Shown here in pieces: positions 1-7,493 of a DNA stretch of 12,392 nucleotides. Under the pieces are notes generated by a model that had not been told where the DNA came from, ran no database searches, and worked only from the letters and a program-made list of their open reading frames with translations. The position numbers and the translations under genes were made by a program. Each line of letters starts with the position of its first letter. Position 1 is the first letter of the stretch. Source of the DNA: Polyangia bacterium (GTDB lineage: Bacteria > Myxococcota_A > Polyangia > JAAYKL01); NCBI GenBank assembly GCA_050287845.1, contig JBNKCR010000092.1, positions 1 to 12,392 of the forward strand, given 5' to 3'.

Positions 1-1
1 A

Positions 2-301
2 AGACGAAGGGATATTGCGTTGGGACGCGCCCTCGTGGCGTGGATTTGGGTGGAACAGCTGGGGCGGCCCCAGGTGATGGTGGCTGAAGGATTGAAGGTC
101 AGAAGCGCTGCAATCAGCATCATGCTGAGAAAGCTGAGATCGGAAGAAATGTCGACCGAAAAATCTGCCGTTATAGAATTCGTGCTTAAGGCGATTGTGG
201 AAAACGGGAGCGACGTTGCGGATGACGAAGGCGCCGAAAGTATCCGCGCAAATGAACCCCACGTCTTTGCCTTACTGCGGAATCGCAACACCATAAAATG
301 A
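2..301 (+). CDS. 5'-truncated CDS: C-terminal HTH region of a probable RAYT/Y1 (IS200-like HUH) transposase
   Basis: Frame open from base 2: RRRDIALGRALVAWIWVEQLGRPQVMVAEGLKVRSAAISIMLRKL resembles the DnaA-C-like HTH tail of long RAYT-like transposases. The stop at 299-301 is followed directly by an element end matching the one upstream of the RAYT-like N-terminus at 12316. Confidence 0.65.
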   Translation, partial: RRRDIALGRALVAWIWVEQLGRPQVMVAEGLKVRSAAISIMLRKLRSEEMSTEKSAVIEFVLKAIVENGSDVADDEGAESIRANEPHVFALLRNRNTIK

Positions 302-316
302 ATACTTTTTAACTTT

Positions 317-438
317 TGATTCGTGAGAATTAACCCTGCTTTTTTCAATTTTTTGGACGCAAAACACAACATCTTGTGTGGTGAAGACTATGATGTGGCA
401 CACCATATAGTGGTGTCGGACTTACTTCTCACGAATCA
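317..438. mobile_element. 122-bp MITE with TG...CA ends and 4-bp target duplication CTTT
   Basis: TGATTCGTGAGAA (317-329) and TTCTCACGAATCA (426-438) form a perfect 13-bp IR, extending to 16/17. CTTT lies at 313-316 and 439-442. Excision restores the 27-bp TIR. Confidence 0.85.
364..415. promoter_or_regulatory. Two NrdR-box-like palindromic motifs inside the MITE
   Basis: ACACAACATCTTGTGT (364-379) and ACACCATATAGTGGTG (400-415) resemble the consensus acaCwAtATaTwGtgt. The offset is 36 bp, whereas canonical pairs are usually about 31-32 bp apart. Confidence 0.5.
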
Positions 439-453
439 CTTTTCAAGACCGTC

Positions 454-479
454 CCTGCTTTATATTCCTGCTTTATATT
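454..479 (+). repeat. 13-bp tandem duplication (CCTGCTTTATATT x2) overlapping the TIR tip
   Basis: Exact copies at 454-466 and 467-479. Confidence 0.9.
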
Positions 480-1044
480 GTTCATAGGATTTGAATTAAG
501 AAATAAACGCCCTGATCCCGTCCCGCCGTCCGACGCCAAGCGACAGTCAAGGAGGAATTGCGCATCGCGAAAGCAAATCCTAGACGCATCGCCAACGGAT
601 GGCAGAATTCAGGTGTTGTTTCGGTCAAATCAAATGAAGAAAGAAAGTTTTTGTCACAACCATCAAGGCAGATTTCAAGCAGATGAAAAAAAACAAAGTA
701 CACGGTTCTGAAACCCGCACGTGTAACTCCAACAAAGAACCAAAGATACCGAACACCTCAAGGGCGTTTCACGCAGGTTTATACAGATTGCGGATTTTGG
801 AGAATGTGGAGAATAGACAACCAATTGCTTCGCCCAGTGACCAAATTTTCTATTTATCGAACAATTAAAAAATTTGCGATGTAACATCGATACGCGTTAC
901 AAGTATCTACAAATATTTTTAGGGTCTTCTTCATGAACGATGAGTCACAATTAGAAAAACAACAAAAATCGAAAATTGACAGCCGCATGGAGGCGAACAA
1001 GAGGACAGGGCAATATTCGGCTATTGCACTTCGGATTGGAATTC

Positions 1045-2226
1045 ATGCATATGGAAGATAGTCCTATTAAGAAACAAATCGATTTGCTTGAAAGATATAA
1101 TTCCGGCCAACGAGATTTTAGAGGGATAGATCTTTCTGAGGCCGATCTCAGCGGAGCTGACCTCTCCAATGCTGATTTCTCTGAAGGCAATTTTGATGAA
1201 GCCAACCTTAGCGAAGCCAACCTCAGCGAAGCCAACCTCAGCAAAGCAACTCTCCGTAAAGCTGATTTCAGCGGTGCCAATCTTACATTCGCTAATCTCG
1301 AAAATGCAATCCCGCTGTGGACAAACTTCAGGGGAGCTAATTTTGAAGGTGCAATTTTTAAAGGAAATGGTTTTCTTGGGGCGAACCTATCTGAAGCCAA
1401 ACTTAGTTCTGTTCACCTTACAGAATGTTCCTTTAGCGAAGCTGAGTTTGATGACGCTGACTTAAAATACGCTAATCTTTCACGAATTGTTATTGGTTCA
1501 TCGTACCTTTGTAACGCCAACCTTAGCAATGCCAATCTGGATAATACATACTTGCGTGACTCCAACTTTAATAATGCAATCCTTAATGGCGCCACACTTC
1601 ACTGCTCCAACCTCGAAAACGTAAGTTTTAAAGGAGCCAATCTCGAAAAAGTCAATCTCCGAGGTGCTAACCTCAGAAACGCAAACATAGAAGGAGCTGA
1701 TATAAGTTTTTCAGATCTTTCGGATTGTAAAATACATAAACTTAACATCGATCAGCATACAGTACTCAAAGGAATTAGGATTGACACCGCATGGGGCGAT
1801 CCTCTAATAAAACGAAATATTCTCGATCAGGAATATCTCCAATTTTTCAAAGAGCGACATCCTATCTGGTATAATCTGTGGTGGATTTCTTCCAATTGTG
1901 GACGAAGTTTTCTTCTGTGGGCCTTCTGGGGAATGATAATCGCCGGATTATTCGGTTTGATATTTTGGTTAAATTCTGATTGGTTCAACATAGCGAATAC
2001 GACCATTGATATATATCCGGGAGGCAGACCTACATCAATAAGAGAGACCTCCTTTTTTACGTATTTTTACTACTCGATTGTAACATTTACTACGCTGGGT
2101 TTTGGTGATGTAACACCTTTAAATTGGGTGGGTGAACTTCTTGTCACGTTGGAAGTGATATTGGGATACGTCATGCTTGGCGGATTAATGTCTATTTTTG
2201 CGAATAAGATTGTAAGGCGCAGTTAA
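1045..2226 (+). CDS. Pentapeptide-repeat protein fused to a C-terminal two-TM potassium-channel-type pore domain (Ion_trans_2-like)
   Basis: Long run of A(D/N)Lxx repeats, then a hydrophobic helix (FLLWAFWGMIIAGLFGLIFW), pore helix and filter YYSIVTFTTLGFGD, and a second helix. ATG 1045 or 1051 follows GGATTGGA and is more plausible than the track start at 976. Confidence 0.9.
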   Translation: MHMEDSPIKKQIDLLERYNSGQRDFRGIDLSEADLSGADLSNADFSEGNFDEANLSEANLSEANLSKATLRKADFSGANLTFANLENAIPLWTNFRGANFEGAIFKGNGFLGANLSEAKLSSVHLTECSFSEAEFDDADLKYANLSRIVIGSSYLCNANLSNANLDNTYLRDSNFNNAILNGATLHCSNLENVSFKGANLEKVNLRGANLRNANIEGADISFSDLSDCKIHKLNIDQHTVLKGIRIDTAWGDPLIKRNILDQEYLQFFKERHPIWYNLWWISSNCGRSFLLWAFWGMIIAGLFGLIFWLNSDWFNIANTTIDIYPGGRPTSIRETSFFTYFYYSIVTFTTLGFGDVTPLNWVGELLVTLEVILGYVMLGGLMSIFANKIVRRS

Positions 2227-2255
2227 TTTCTGCTGCATTCGAAGTCTATCCCCGA

Positions 2256-2282
2256 TGTCTCTAATGGTTGGGGAGCTCCACA
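2256..2282. repeat. Possible solitary IS3-family terminal repeat
   Basis: The reverse complement TGTGGAGCTCCCCAACCATTAGAGACA has the TG...CCCC...GAGACA layout of IS3-family ends. No partner was found. Confidence 0.35.
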
Positions 2283-2291
2283 GAAACGACA

Positions 2292-2490
2292 TGCACTGAA
2301 CCCTGTCAATTGGAAAGTTTTCCTTTCAATTTGAGGACTGGGTCCATGCCCATTTTTTTTAGTTCTCCATTATTCCAAAGTTTTTCAAATTCTGCCGGTG
2401 CATGGTAGCCCAGAGCAGAGTGCATGCGTTTGGCGTTGTACACGTTGTCAATGAAGTTAGGAATTGCATTCAATACATCCTCATATGTCT
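2292..2490 (-). pseudogene. IS3-family remnant: transposase OrfB C-terminus (2306-2490) plus right end, truncated by IS66
   Basis: [35 protein letters not shown] matches the IS3 integrase tail (YN..R.HS.LGY..P.EFE). The end TGCACTGAACCCTGTCAATTGGA starts at 2292. Similarity stops at the IS66 end (2491). Confidence 0.85.
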
Positions 2491-2565
2491 GTAAATCCTC
2501 GCCCTGTCCCAAACTTGTAATCGATTAACCGGCGACGTCACCCTTGTTTAAAAAACTTCAGAATC

Positions 2566-4140
2566 TCAGAATTCCATCATTTGATGTGGCAGAATGATGT
2601 CATCCGGGTTTCGCAGCAGACGTTTGGTCGCTTCCAGCAGATACTGATGGGGGTTGATGCCGCAAAGTTTTGCGCTCTCGATTAGGCTGTAGATAATGGC
2701 GGCGACTTCGGTGCCGCGCATAGATTTTGATCCGTAATGGTTTTTGCGACCGACCACCGGGCCACGGAATCCGCGTTCGATTTCGTTTGTATCGAGGGGG
2801 ATATACGGGTCATCTAGAAACAGCATCAGTTTGTCCCAGTGACCCAGCATGTATTCCACCGCTTTGCGGAGGTCACTTTCCTTGAGTGCAAGCTGCTTCA
2901 TGGCCCACGATTTGATGCGCTTTGTTATCGGCCTTGATTTTTCATCGCGCAGTTTGGCACGAAGCTTAAAAGCCTCAGCTCGTTCGGATTCCGGCAGCGA
3001 CCACGGATTGGGCACCTCGCGTTCGACCGCATACAGTTCACCCATCATGTCGAGAATTTCGCCGCATTCCTCAGGCCAGTCCTTCTCGCAGTCGGTAAAA
3101 CCTCTGCGGGTATGAGCCCAGCAGCTCACCAGAATAATCTGCGGTTTCTTTTTGTCGGGCCCCTCACGTATCAGAATGTTGTATGCCTCGTACCCATCAG
3201 TAATTATTTTTCCCGCATAATCGCCCAGAAGTTCTTTGGCCACCTTGCCACTTCGGCGCGGATCAATCCGGTAATGCACGCCAAAAGGACACGACGCGCC
3301 CCAGATGTACCAGCGTTTTCTGCCGCCTTTGGGCAGATAGTACCAAATCGATTCATCCGCACAGATTACAGGAAATGAAAATATAAATGGCAGCAGCGCC
3401 ATGTATGCCGGTCTCAGTATCTGCGACAGATACCACAGCTGATCCCACAGCGTCTGCGAGTCCACCTTCAGACCTTCCCGTTTCATTTTTCGCACCTGAC
3501 GCTCCAGCGGCATGTGATCGAGATATTTTTCCGTTGCCACTTCCACCGCGAATTCAGGCGTGTATCTACCGCCGTTTATCAGCGATGGTGGTTTGGAAGC
3601 CGTCTTTATGCAGCCGCCGCATTTACAGCGATATTTTTTTTGAATGTTCCTTTTGATGAAAAACATCCGCTGCACGACGCTGATTTCCTCCGATTCATCT
3701 GCCTGACCTTCCCACTCTTCCAGTACGCCGCCACAGGCGTCGCAGACTTTTTCCTCTTCAGAAAGGTCGTACACATTGTCTATCGAATCGAGTTCACGTT
3801 GCTCCCGTGGGCCGTGACCGGTCTGCGGTTGCGTATCTTTTTTATCCGAATCACTGGACTCATCCGAGTTTTTGCCGCGACGTTCCGAAGTGGAGCCAAA
3901 CATCATCTTCTGCAGCTTTGACATCTGCGACTGCAGCCTTTGGATTTCCAGTTCAAGTTGACGATTCCCGTCCTGACCTTTCAGTTTTGCCAGCTCTCTG
4001 GTCATCTCCTCAAGACGCGCATGAATACGTTCGTTTTCCTTTTGCAGCATGATGGCCACATTGCGGGCGGTTTCCAGATCGGTGATGTTTTCCAGCTTCA
4101 GCACGAAAGATGTTTGATCACATTTTGTGCGATACCGCAA
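2566..4140 (-). CDS. tnpC: IS66 DDE transposase TnpC
   Basis: Coiled coil/leucine zipper ending MFGSTSER, zinc ribbon (CDACGG...YRCKC), KYLDHMPLERQ, ADES, TDGYEAY, CWAHTRR, DTNEIERGFR..VVGRKN, SLIESAKLCGINP. The true start may be GTG 4104. Confidence 0.95.
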   Translation of the reverse strand: MRYRTKCDQTSFVLKLENITDLETARNVAIMLQKENERIHARLEEMTRELAKLKGQDGNRQLELEIQRLQSQMSKLQKMMFGSTSERRGKNSDESSDSDKKDTQPQTGHGPREQRELDSIDNVYDLSEEEKVCDACGGVLEEWEGQADESEEISVVQRMFFIKRNIQKKYRCKCGGCIKTASKPPSLINGGRYTPEFAVEVATEKYLDHMPLERQVRKMKREGLKVDSQTLWDQLWYLSQILRPAYMALLPFIFSFPVICADESIWYYLPKGGRKRWYIWGASCPFGVHYRIDPRRSGKVAKELLGDYAGKIITDGYEAYNILIREGPDKKKPQIILVSCWAHTRRGFTDCEKDWPEECGEILDMMGELYAVEREVPNPWSLPESERAEAFKLRAKLRDEKSRPITKRIKSWAMKQLALKESDLRKAVEYMLGHWDKLMLFLDDPYIPLDTNEIERGFRGPVVGRKNHYGSKSMRGTEVAAIIYSLIESAKLCGINPHQYLLEATKRLLRNPDDIILPHQMMEF

Positions 4141-4498
4141 GGGAGTCTTTGGTGAGATCAGGCAGAATCAGCGGGATCTGTCCCACCACCTTGCTGCCTT
4201 CCAGAAATATTGACAGTTCGCTGGGCGTCATCCGCATTTCAAGTTTGCCCGAATCTTTCCACAGAGAGGCAAACCGCCCATGTTCCATACGCTTCATCAA
4301 AATGCACAGCCCCGTGCCATCAAAAAACAACACCTTCGCCCGATTGCGTCTGCGATTGACAAAAAGAAACAGGTCACCATCCATGATGTCATGCTCCAGC
4401 TCCCGACGCACAAGCGATTCGAGTCCGTTATATGACTCCCTCATATCTGCCGGCGCCGCATACGCAAACACGCGCACCGCACGGATCAGTCCGATCAT
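4118..4498 (-). CDS. tnpB: IS66 accessory protein TnpB
   Basis: PADMRESYNGL, LFLFVNRRRNRAKVLFFDGTGLCILMKRMEHGRF motifs. The start overlaps the tnpA stop. Confidence 0.95.
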   Translation of the reverse strand: MIGLIRAVRVFAYAAPADMRESYNGLESLVRRELEHDIMDGDLFLFVNRRRNRAKVLFFDGTGLCILMKRMEHGRFASLWKDSGKLEMRMTPSELSIFLEGSKVVGQIPLILPDLTKDSLAVSHKM

Positions 4499-4842
4499 AG
4501 CATTCGCAGCAGATGTACGAGATTTTCAATTGAAATCCCTTCCACACGATATCCCGCTGGCGTTATCAGCACAGGACTACCCGCGTTCTTCCCAGATGCT
4601 GCAATTTTTATTTGACGGAATCCGCCACAACCATCCTTCTTTTCCGGATTCATCCACTTCTTCAGCGCTGTCGCTGAAATCCCGAGTCGGCGCAGCACAA
4701 CTGATCGCGGTACCCCTTCCGACAACGCCTTCTCCGCGAAATCCTTCGCAAAAACTTTCTGCTCATCAGTATATGGCTGTGGCTTCTGACCCCGTCCAAC
4801 CTTGCGTTTCTTTGACTCAACCTGAAATTCTTCCAATGTCAT
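4495..4842 (-). CDS. tnpA: IS66 accessory HTH protein TnpA
   Basis: YTDEQK...VLRRLGISATALKKW HTH and a LITPAGYRVEG tail. AAGGAAGGAG RBS precedes ATG 4842 (the track starts at 4884). Confidence 0.85.
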   Translation of the reverse strand: MTLEEFQVESKKRKVGRGQKPQPYTDEQKVFAKDFAEKALSEGVPRSVVLRRLGISATALKKWMNPEKKDGCGGFRQIKIAASGKNAGSPVLITPAGYRVEGISIENLVHLLRML

Positions 4843-4968
4843 CGCGACTCCTTCCTTAAAAATTTCAAGTCTGCAGATTTTCACAATTTTTCATAGACGG
4901 GGTACGGCGAGGTATTACGAGTAATCGACATCGCCAGAGTGTCGTATCGTCCCGTGCCCCAAGGCTCT

Positions 4969-5128
4969 TGCGACTAAATAACGTGAACCGTTTAACTACA
5001 TGGTGTCAATCGCAGAAAATTTTGAAGCCGCCCCAGAATCCGCCGATAATTGGCTGCCTTGGAACTATTCGAAAAATCTCGAAAAAAAACTGAACTTTTT
5101 TTCAGTTACGTACGCTCACCGAAAGTAC
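4969..5128 (+). pseudogene. Frameshifted C-terminal relic of a second, different IS66-family TnpC with a degenerate end
   Basis: C/RLNNVN/PFNYMVSIAENFEAAPESADNWLPWNY read across frameshifts near 4971 and 4988 matches the TnpC tail (C.LN.VNPF.Y...WLPWNY). CTCACCGAAAGTAC (5115-5128) resembles an IS66 terminus. Confidence 0.7.
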
Positions 5129-5259
5129 GCTGTCATTCGATGTTCGTCAAATGCAGGTATTCTATATTCAAAACAAAAGGCGTTGACACCCTTTAAACTG
5201 AAGATCTGTTTAGGATGTAGGCGTATGTTCCTAAATCGAAGCATCACATTTGACCTCAG

Positions 5260-5277
5260 TTGTTAAAATGCTAACAA
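5260..5277 (+). promoter_or_regulatory. Candidate extended -10 promoter (TGtTAAAAT) within an imperfect palindrome upstream of the four-gene cluster
   Basis: TG at 5261-5262 and TAAAAT at 5264-5269, within TTGTTA-N6-TAACAA arms at 5260-5277. Confidence 0.3.
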
Positions 5278-5336
5278 AATATTCAATCCGAAAACTGGCC
5301 GAGAAACTCGTTGTTAAGCAAAAAATGGGGGAATAA

Positions 5337-7466
5337 ATGCACAAAGAATACTCTAGTATGACCATCACTGGTATTGTTCAGGAAGTGAATTCTGCCAATG
5401 GCGAGACGACACTGGGTTTGTTGTCCGGGGACAAATTCAACGTAAAAATCTCAAAAGAAACATGGTATGAAGTGCTCCGCAATGTAGGAGATGAAAGTCG
5501 CGACAGGGTGCCTGAGCCTGTCGAATCCGACGTCGAAAAAGTTTTAGGTGAACGTTCCCATGCTGGTGACGAGGCACTATGGAAAGCAAAACGTAAATTG
5601 CTCAAATACATGCGTGTTGGCGTAATGGCGTCCATTCGAGGAGTTGCCAGCAGAAACGAAGATGAATTTGTCTTTCATGCACGTCGCGTGGTCTTAATGC
5701 ATTCAGATGCAGATTGCTATGGATGGGAACAGACCCACTGGTGGTTACAGCAAATAAACACACTTTTTGAACAATGGATGGATGTGCTCTTTCAAAGTAA
5801 AAGAGAGCTAACTGAAAACGATTTTGCCAGTTTCTATCGAACAAACCTGAATTTATTTGGATACAAAACAGATGACGACACTCAAGAATGTGCAACTATG
5901 TCTCGTTTTCTTTACGGGTTATGCTCATCCTACTTATTAACAGGAAACGACAGAGCGCTTTCTGCCGCCCGTGCCTGTGCCAAATATATGATAAACGCGT
6001 TTTCCATTCTCAGTCACGACCACATGTACTGCTTCTGGAAATTTGGCAGGAGACGAGATGGCAACAGCAGCAAAGATATCATCAGTTCTCAGAATGGTGA
6101 TGATCTCGGTTCATATGCGCTGTATGAACAGATTTACGCCCTGGCCGGTTTAACGCAATATTATCGGATTACACAGGACACAGAAATTCTTCTGTACATC
6201 AAATGTACCATTTCCGCTTTTGAAAAATTCTTTTTAGACGAAAAACGCGAAAATGACCCCTGTTTTACCGGTAAAGGAGGCTACTTCTCACATATCGATC
6301 CAGTGACAATGCGTCCTGACGCCGAATCATTGGAACAAAACCGTATGCGTAAAAATTGGAACTCAATTGGAGATCATATTCCCGCGTATCTGGTTAACCT
6401 GCTTCTGGCCATTGACCCACTTCCAATCACGGATAAAGAGGGAAATTCATGGCAGAACCTCCTTGAGCGCTGCAGGAAGATTCTCGACGAATGTGTCAAC
6501 CTCATTATCCAGAACTTTCCTCCCAAAGATGACAGTAAATTTGTAAAAGAGCGGTTCTTTGCTGATTGGGTTCCAGATCACGAATGGAAATGGCAACAGG
6601 ATCGCGGCATCGTTGGACACAATCTAAAAATTTCATGGAATCTCACGAGGTGTGGACATTACTATACATACCTTGCCGCCAATGAAAAACTGGATAAGAA
6701 AGAAGGCAAAGAAGAGTACTACTCTGAAATGGCGAGAAAGTGTTATGAGACAGCCAAACAACTCGGAAGAAATATGGAGGAGGTCGGTGTTGACCTGATT
6801 AGAGGTGGTATTTTTGATGCGCTTGAACGTCACCCTTCCAATGGCATGCCTACGGAATTTGCATGGGAGCCTACTAAGGATTTCTGGCAGCAGGAACAGG
6901 CAATCCTGGCATACTATATTATGTCTGGAATCAATACACAGGAAAAAAACGATCCCGAAACTGCTCGATTTATTGAGCTCGCGCGTTATTGTACAGCCTT
7001 TTGGAATCTGTATTTTGTTGATCAGGAGAACCGAAAAATCTATTTTCGGACCACAGAAAGTGGCGCGCCAGTTGTTCAGGATGGCTACGGGAATCAAGGC
7101 GGGCACGCGATTGCGGGATATCACTCTTTTGAACTGAACTATTTGGCACATCTATATATTCGCACATACGTACCTCAGACTCATGGCGGAGATGACTCCT
7201 TTTGTCTTACATTTAGACCTTGCTGTTCAGGTATTAAGACCATCAATGTGTTGCCCGACTTCTTTCGTCCAGGGGAGCTGAAAATTATCAACGTAAAAGC
7301 AAATGGAATACCCATGGGTATCCGAGATCCACACCGTTTCCAGATAGACATTTCAGATGTCCCGAAAGATGCAGAAATTGAGGTGGAATTTCTGGTTATC
7401 CGACGGAAAGGAGCTCGCAGTCTGGAAAGCATTTTGGCCGAGCGTAATGGCATAAATGAATTATAA
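5337..7466 (+). CDS. AGE-family (N-acylglucosamine 2-epimerase/YihS-like) epimerase/isomerase, long form with extra N- and C-terminal domains
   Basis: SRFLYG, YEQIYALAGL, GGYFSHID, NWNSIGDH, ERFFADW, VGHNLKISW, FWQQEQAIL and GYHSFEL motifs, with three His in family-typical contexts. GGGGG RBS. Confidence 0.85.
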   Translation: MHKEYSSMTITGIVQEVNSANGETTLGLLSGDKFNVKISKETWYEVLRNVGDESRDRVPEPVESDVEKVLGERSHAGDEALWKAKRKLLKYMRVGVMASIRGVASRNEDEFVFHARRVVLMHSDADCYGWEQTHWWLQQINTLFEQWMDVLFQSKRELTENDFASFYRTNLNLFGYKTDDDTQECATMSRFLYGLCSSYLLTGNDRALSAARACAKYMINAFSILSHDHMYCFWKFGRRRDGNSSKDIISSQNGDDLGSYALYEQIYALAGLTQYYRITQDTEILLYIKCTISAFEKFFLDEKRENDPCFTGKGGYFSHIDPVTMRPDAESLEQNRMRKNWNSIGDHIPAYLVNLLLAIDPLPITDKEGNSWQNLLERCRKILDECVNLIIQNFPPKDDSKFVKERFFADWVPDHEWKWQQDRGIVGHNLKISWNLTRCGHYYTYLAANEKLDKKEGKEEYYSEMARKCYETAKQLGRNMEEVGVDLIRGGIFDALERHPSNGMPTEFAWEPTKDFWQQEQAILAYYIMSGINTQEKNDPETARFIELARYCTAFWNLYFVDQENRKIYFRTTESGAPVVQDGYGNQGGHAIAGYHSFELNYLAHLYIRTYVPQTHGGDDSFCLTFRPCCSGIKTINVLPDFFRPGELKIINVKANGIPMGIRDPHRFQIDISDVPKDAEIEVEFLVIRRKGARSLESILAERNGINEL

Positions 7467-7493
7467 ATTTCGGAAAGTAGACGGAGGCGAATT

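Larger units (their letters stand above)
304..456. repeat. Right terminal inverted repeat of the RAYT-like element, split by a MITE (304-316 + 443-456)
   Basis: Joining 304-316 to 443-456 gives ACTTTTTAACTTTTCAAGACCGTCCCT. The reverse complement of 12252-12278 is ACTTTTTAACTTTTTAAGACCGTCCCT (26/27). Confidence 0.85.
2491..4918 (-). mobile_element. IS66-family insertion sequence (tnpA-tnpB-tnpC), apparently intact
   Basis: Imperfect TIRs: GTAAATCCTCGCCCTGTCCC (2491-2510) vs reverse complement of 4899-4918, GTAATACCTCGCCGTACCCC (15/20, GTAA tips). Three open ORFs in canonical order. No 8-bp TSD. Confidence 0.93.

Noticed and set aside
555..600. Riboswitch-like segment containing GCGAAAGC
   Set aside because: No convincing stems or c-di-GMP aptamer consensus could be built by eye.
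478..887. Short ORFs 478-711, 482-703, 675-887 and 683-868
   Set aside because: They overlap one another, have no recognisable motifs and have weak starts.
951..1595. ORFs 951-1400, 1169-1465 and 1413-1595 with repetitive sequences
   Set aside because: They are shadow frames of the pentapeptide repeats.
2849..4859. Plus-strand ORFs including the 249-aa 4110-4859
   Set aside because: They are antisense to well-supported IS66 genes.
2517..4928. GTAATCGA at 2517 and 4921 as the IS66 TSD or ends
   Set aside because: One copy is inside and one outside the TIR-defined element, so the geometry does not fit.
5183..5216. TTGACA promoter upstream of the epimerase gene
   Set aside because: There is no acceptable -10 at 16-18 bp spacing.
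5000..5266. 88-aa ORF as a real gene
   Set aside because: It is a TnpC relic reading through into intergenic DNA.
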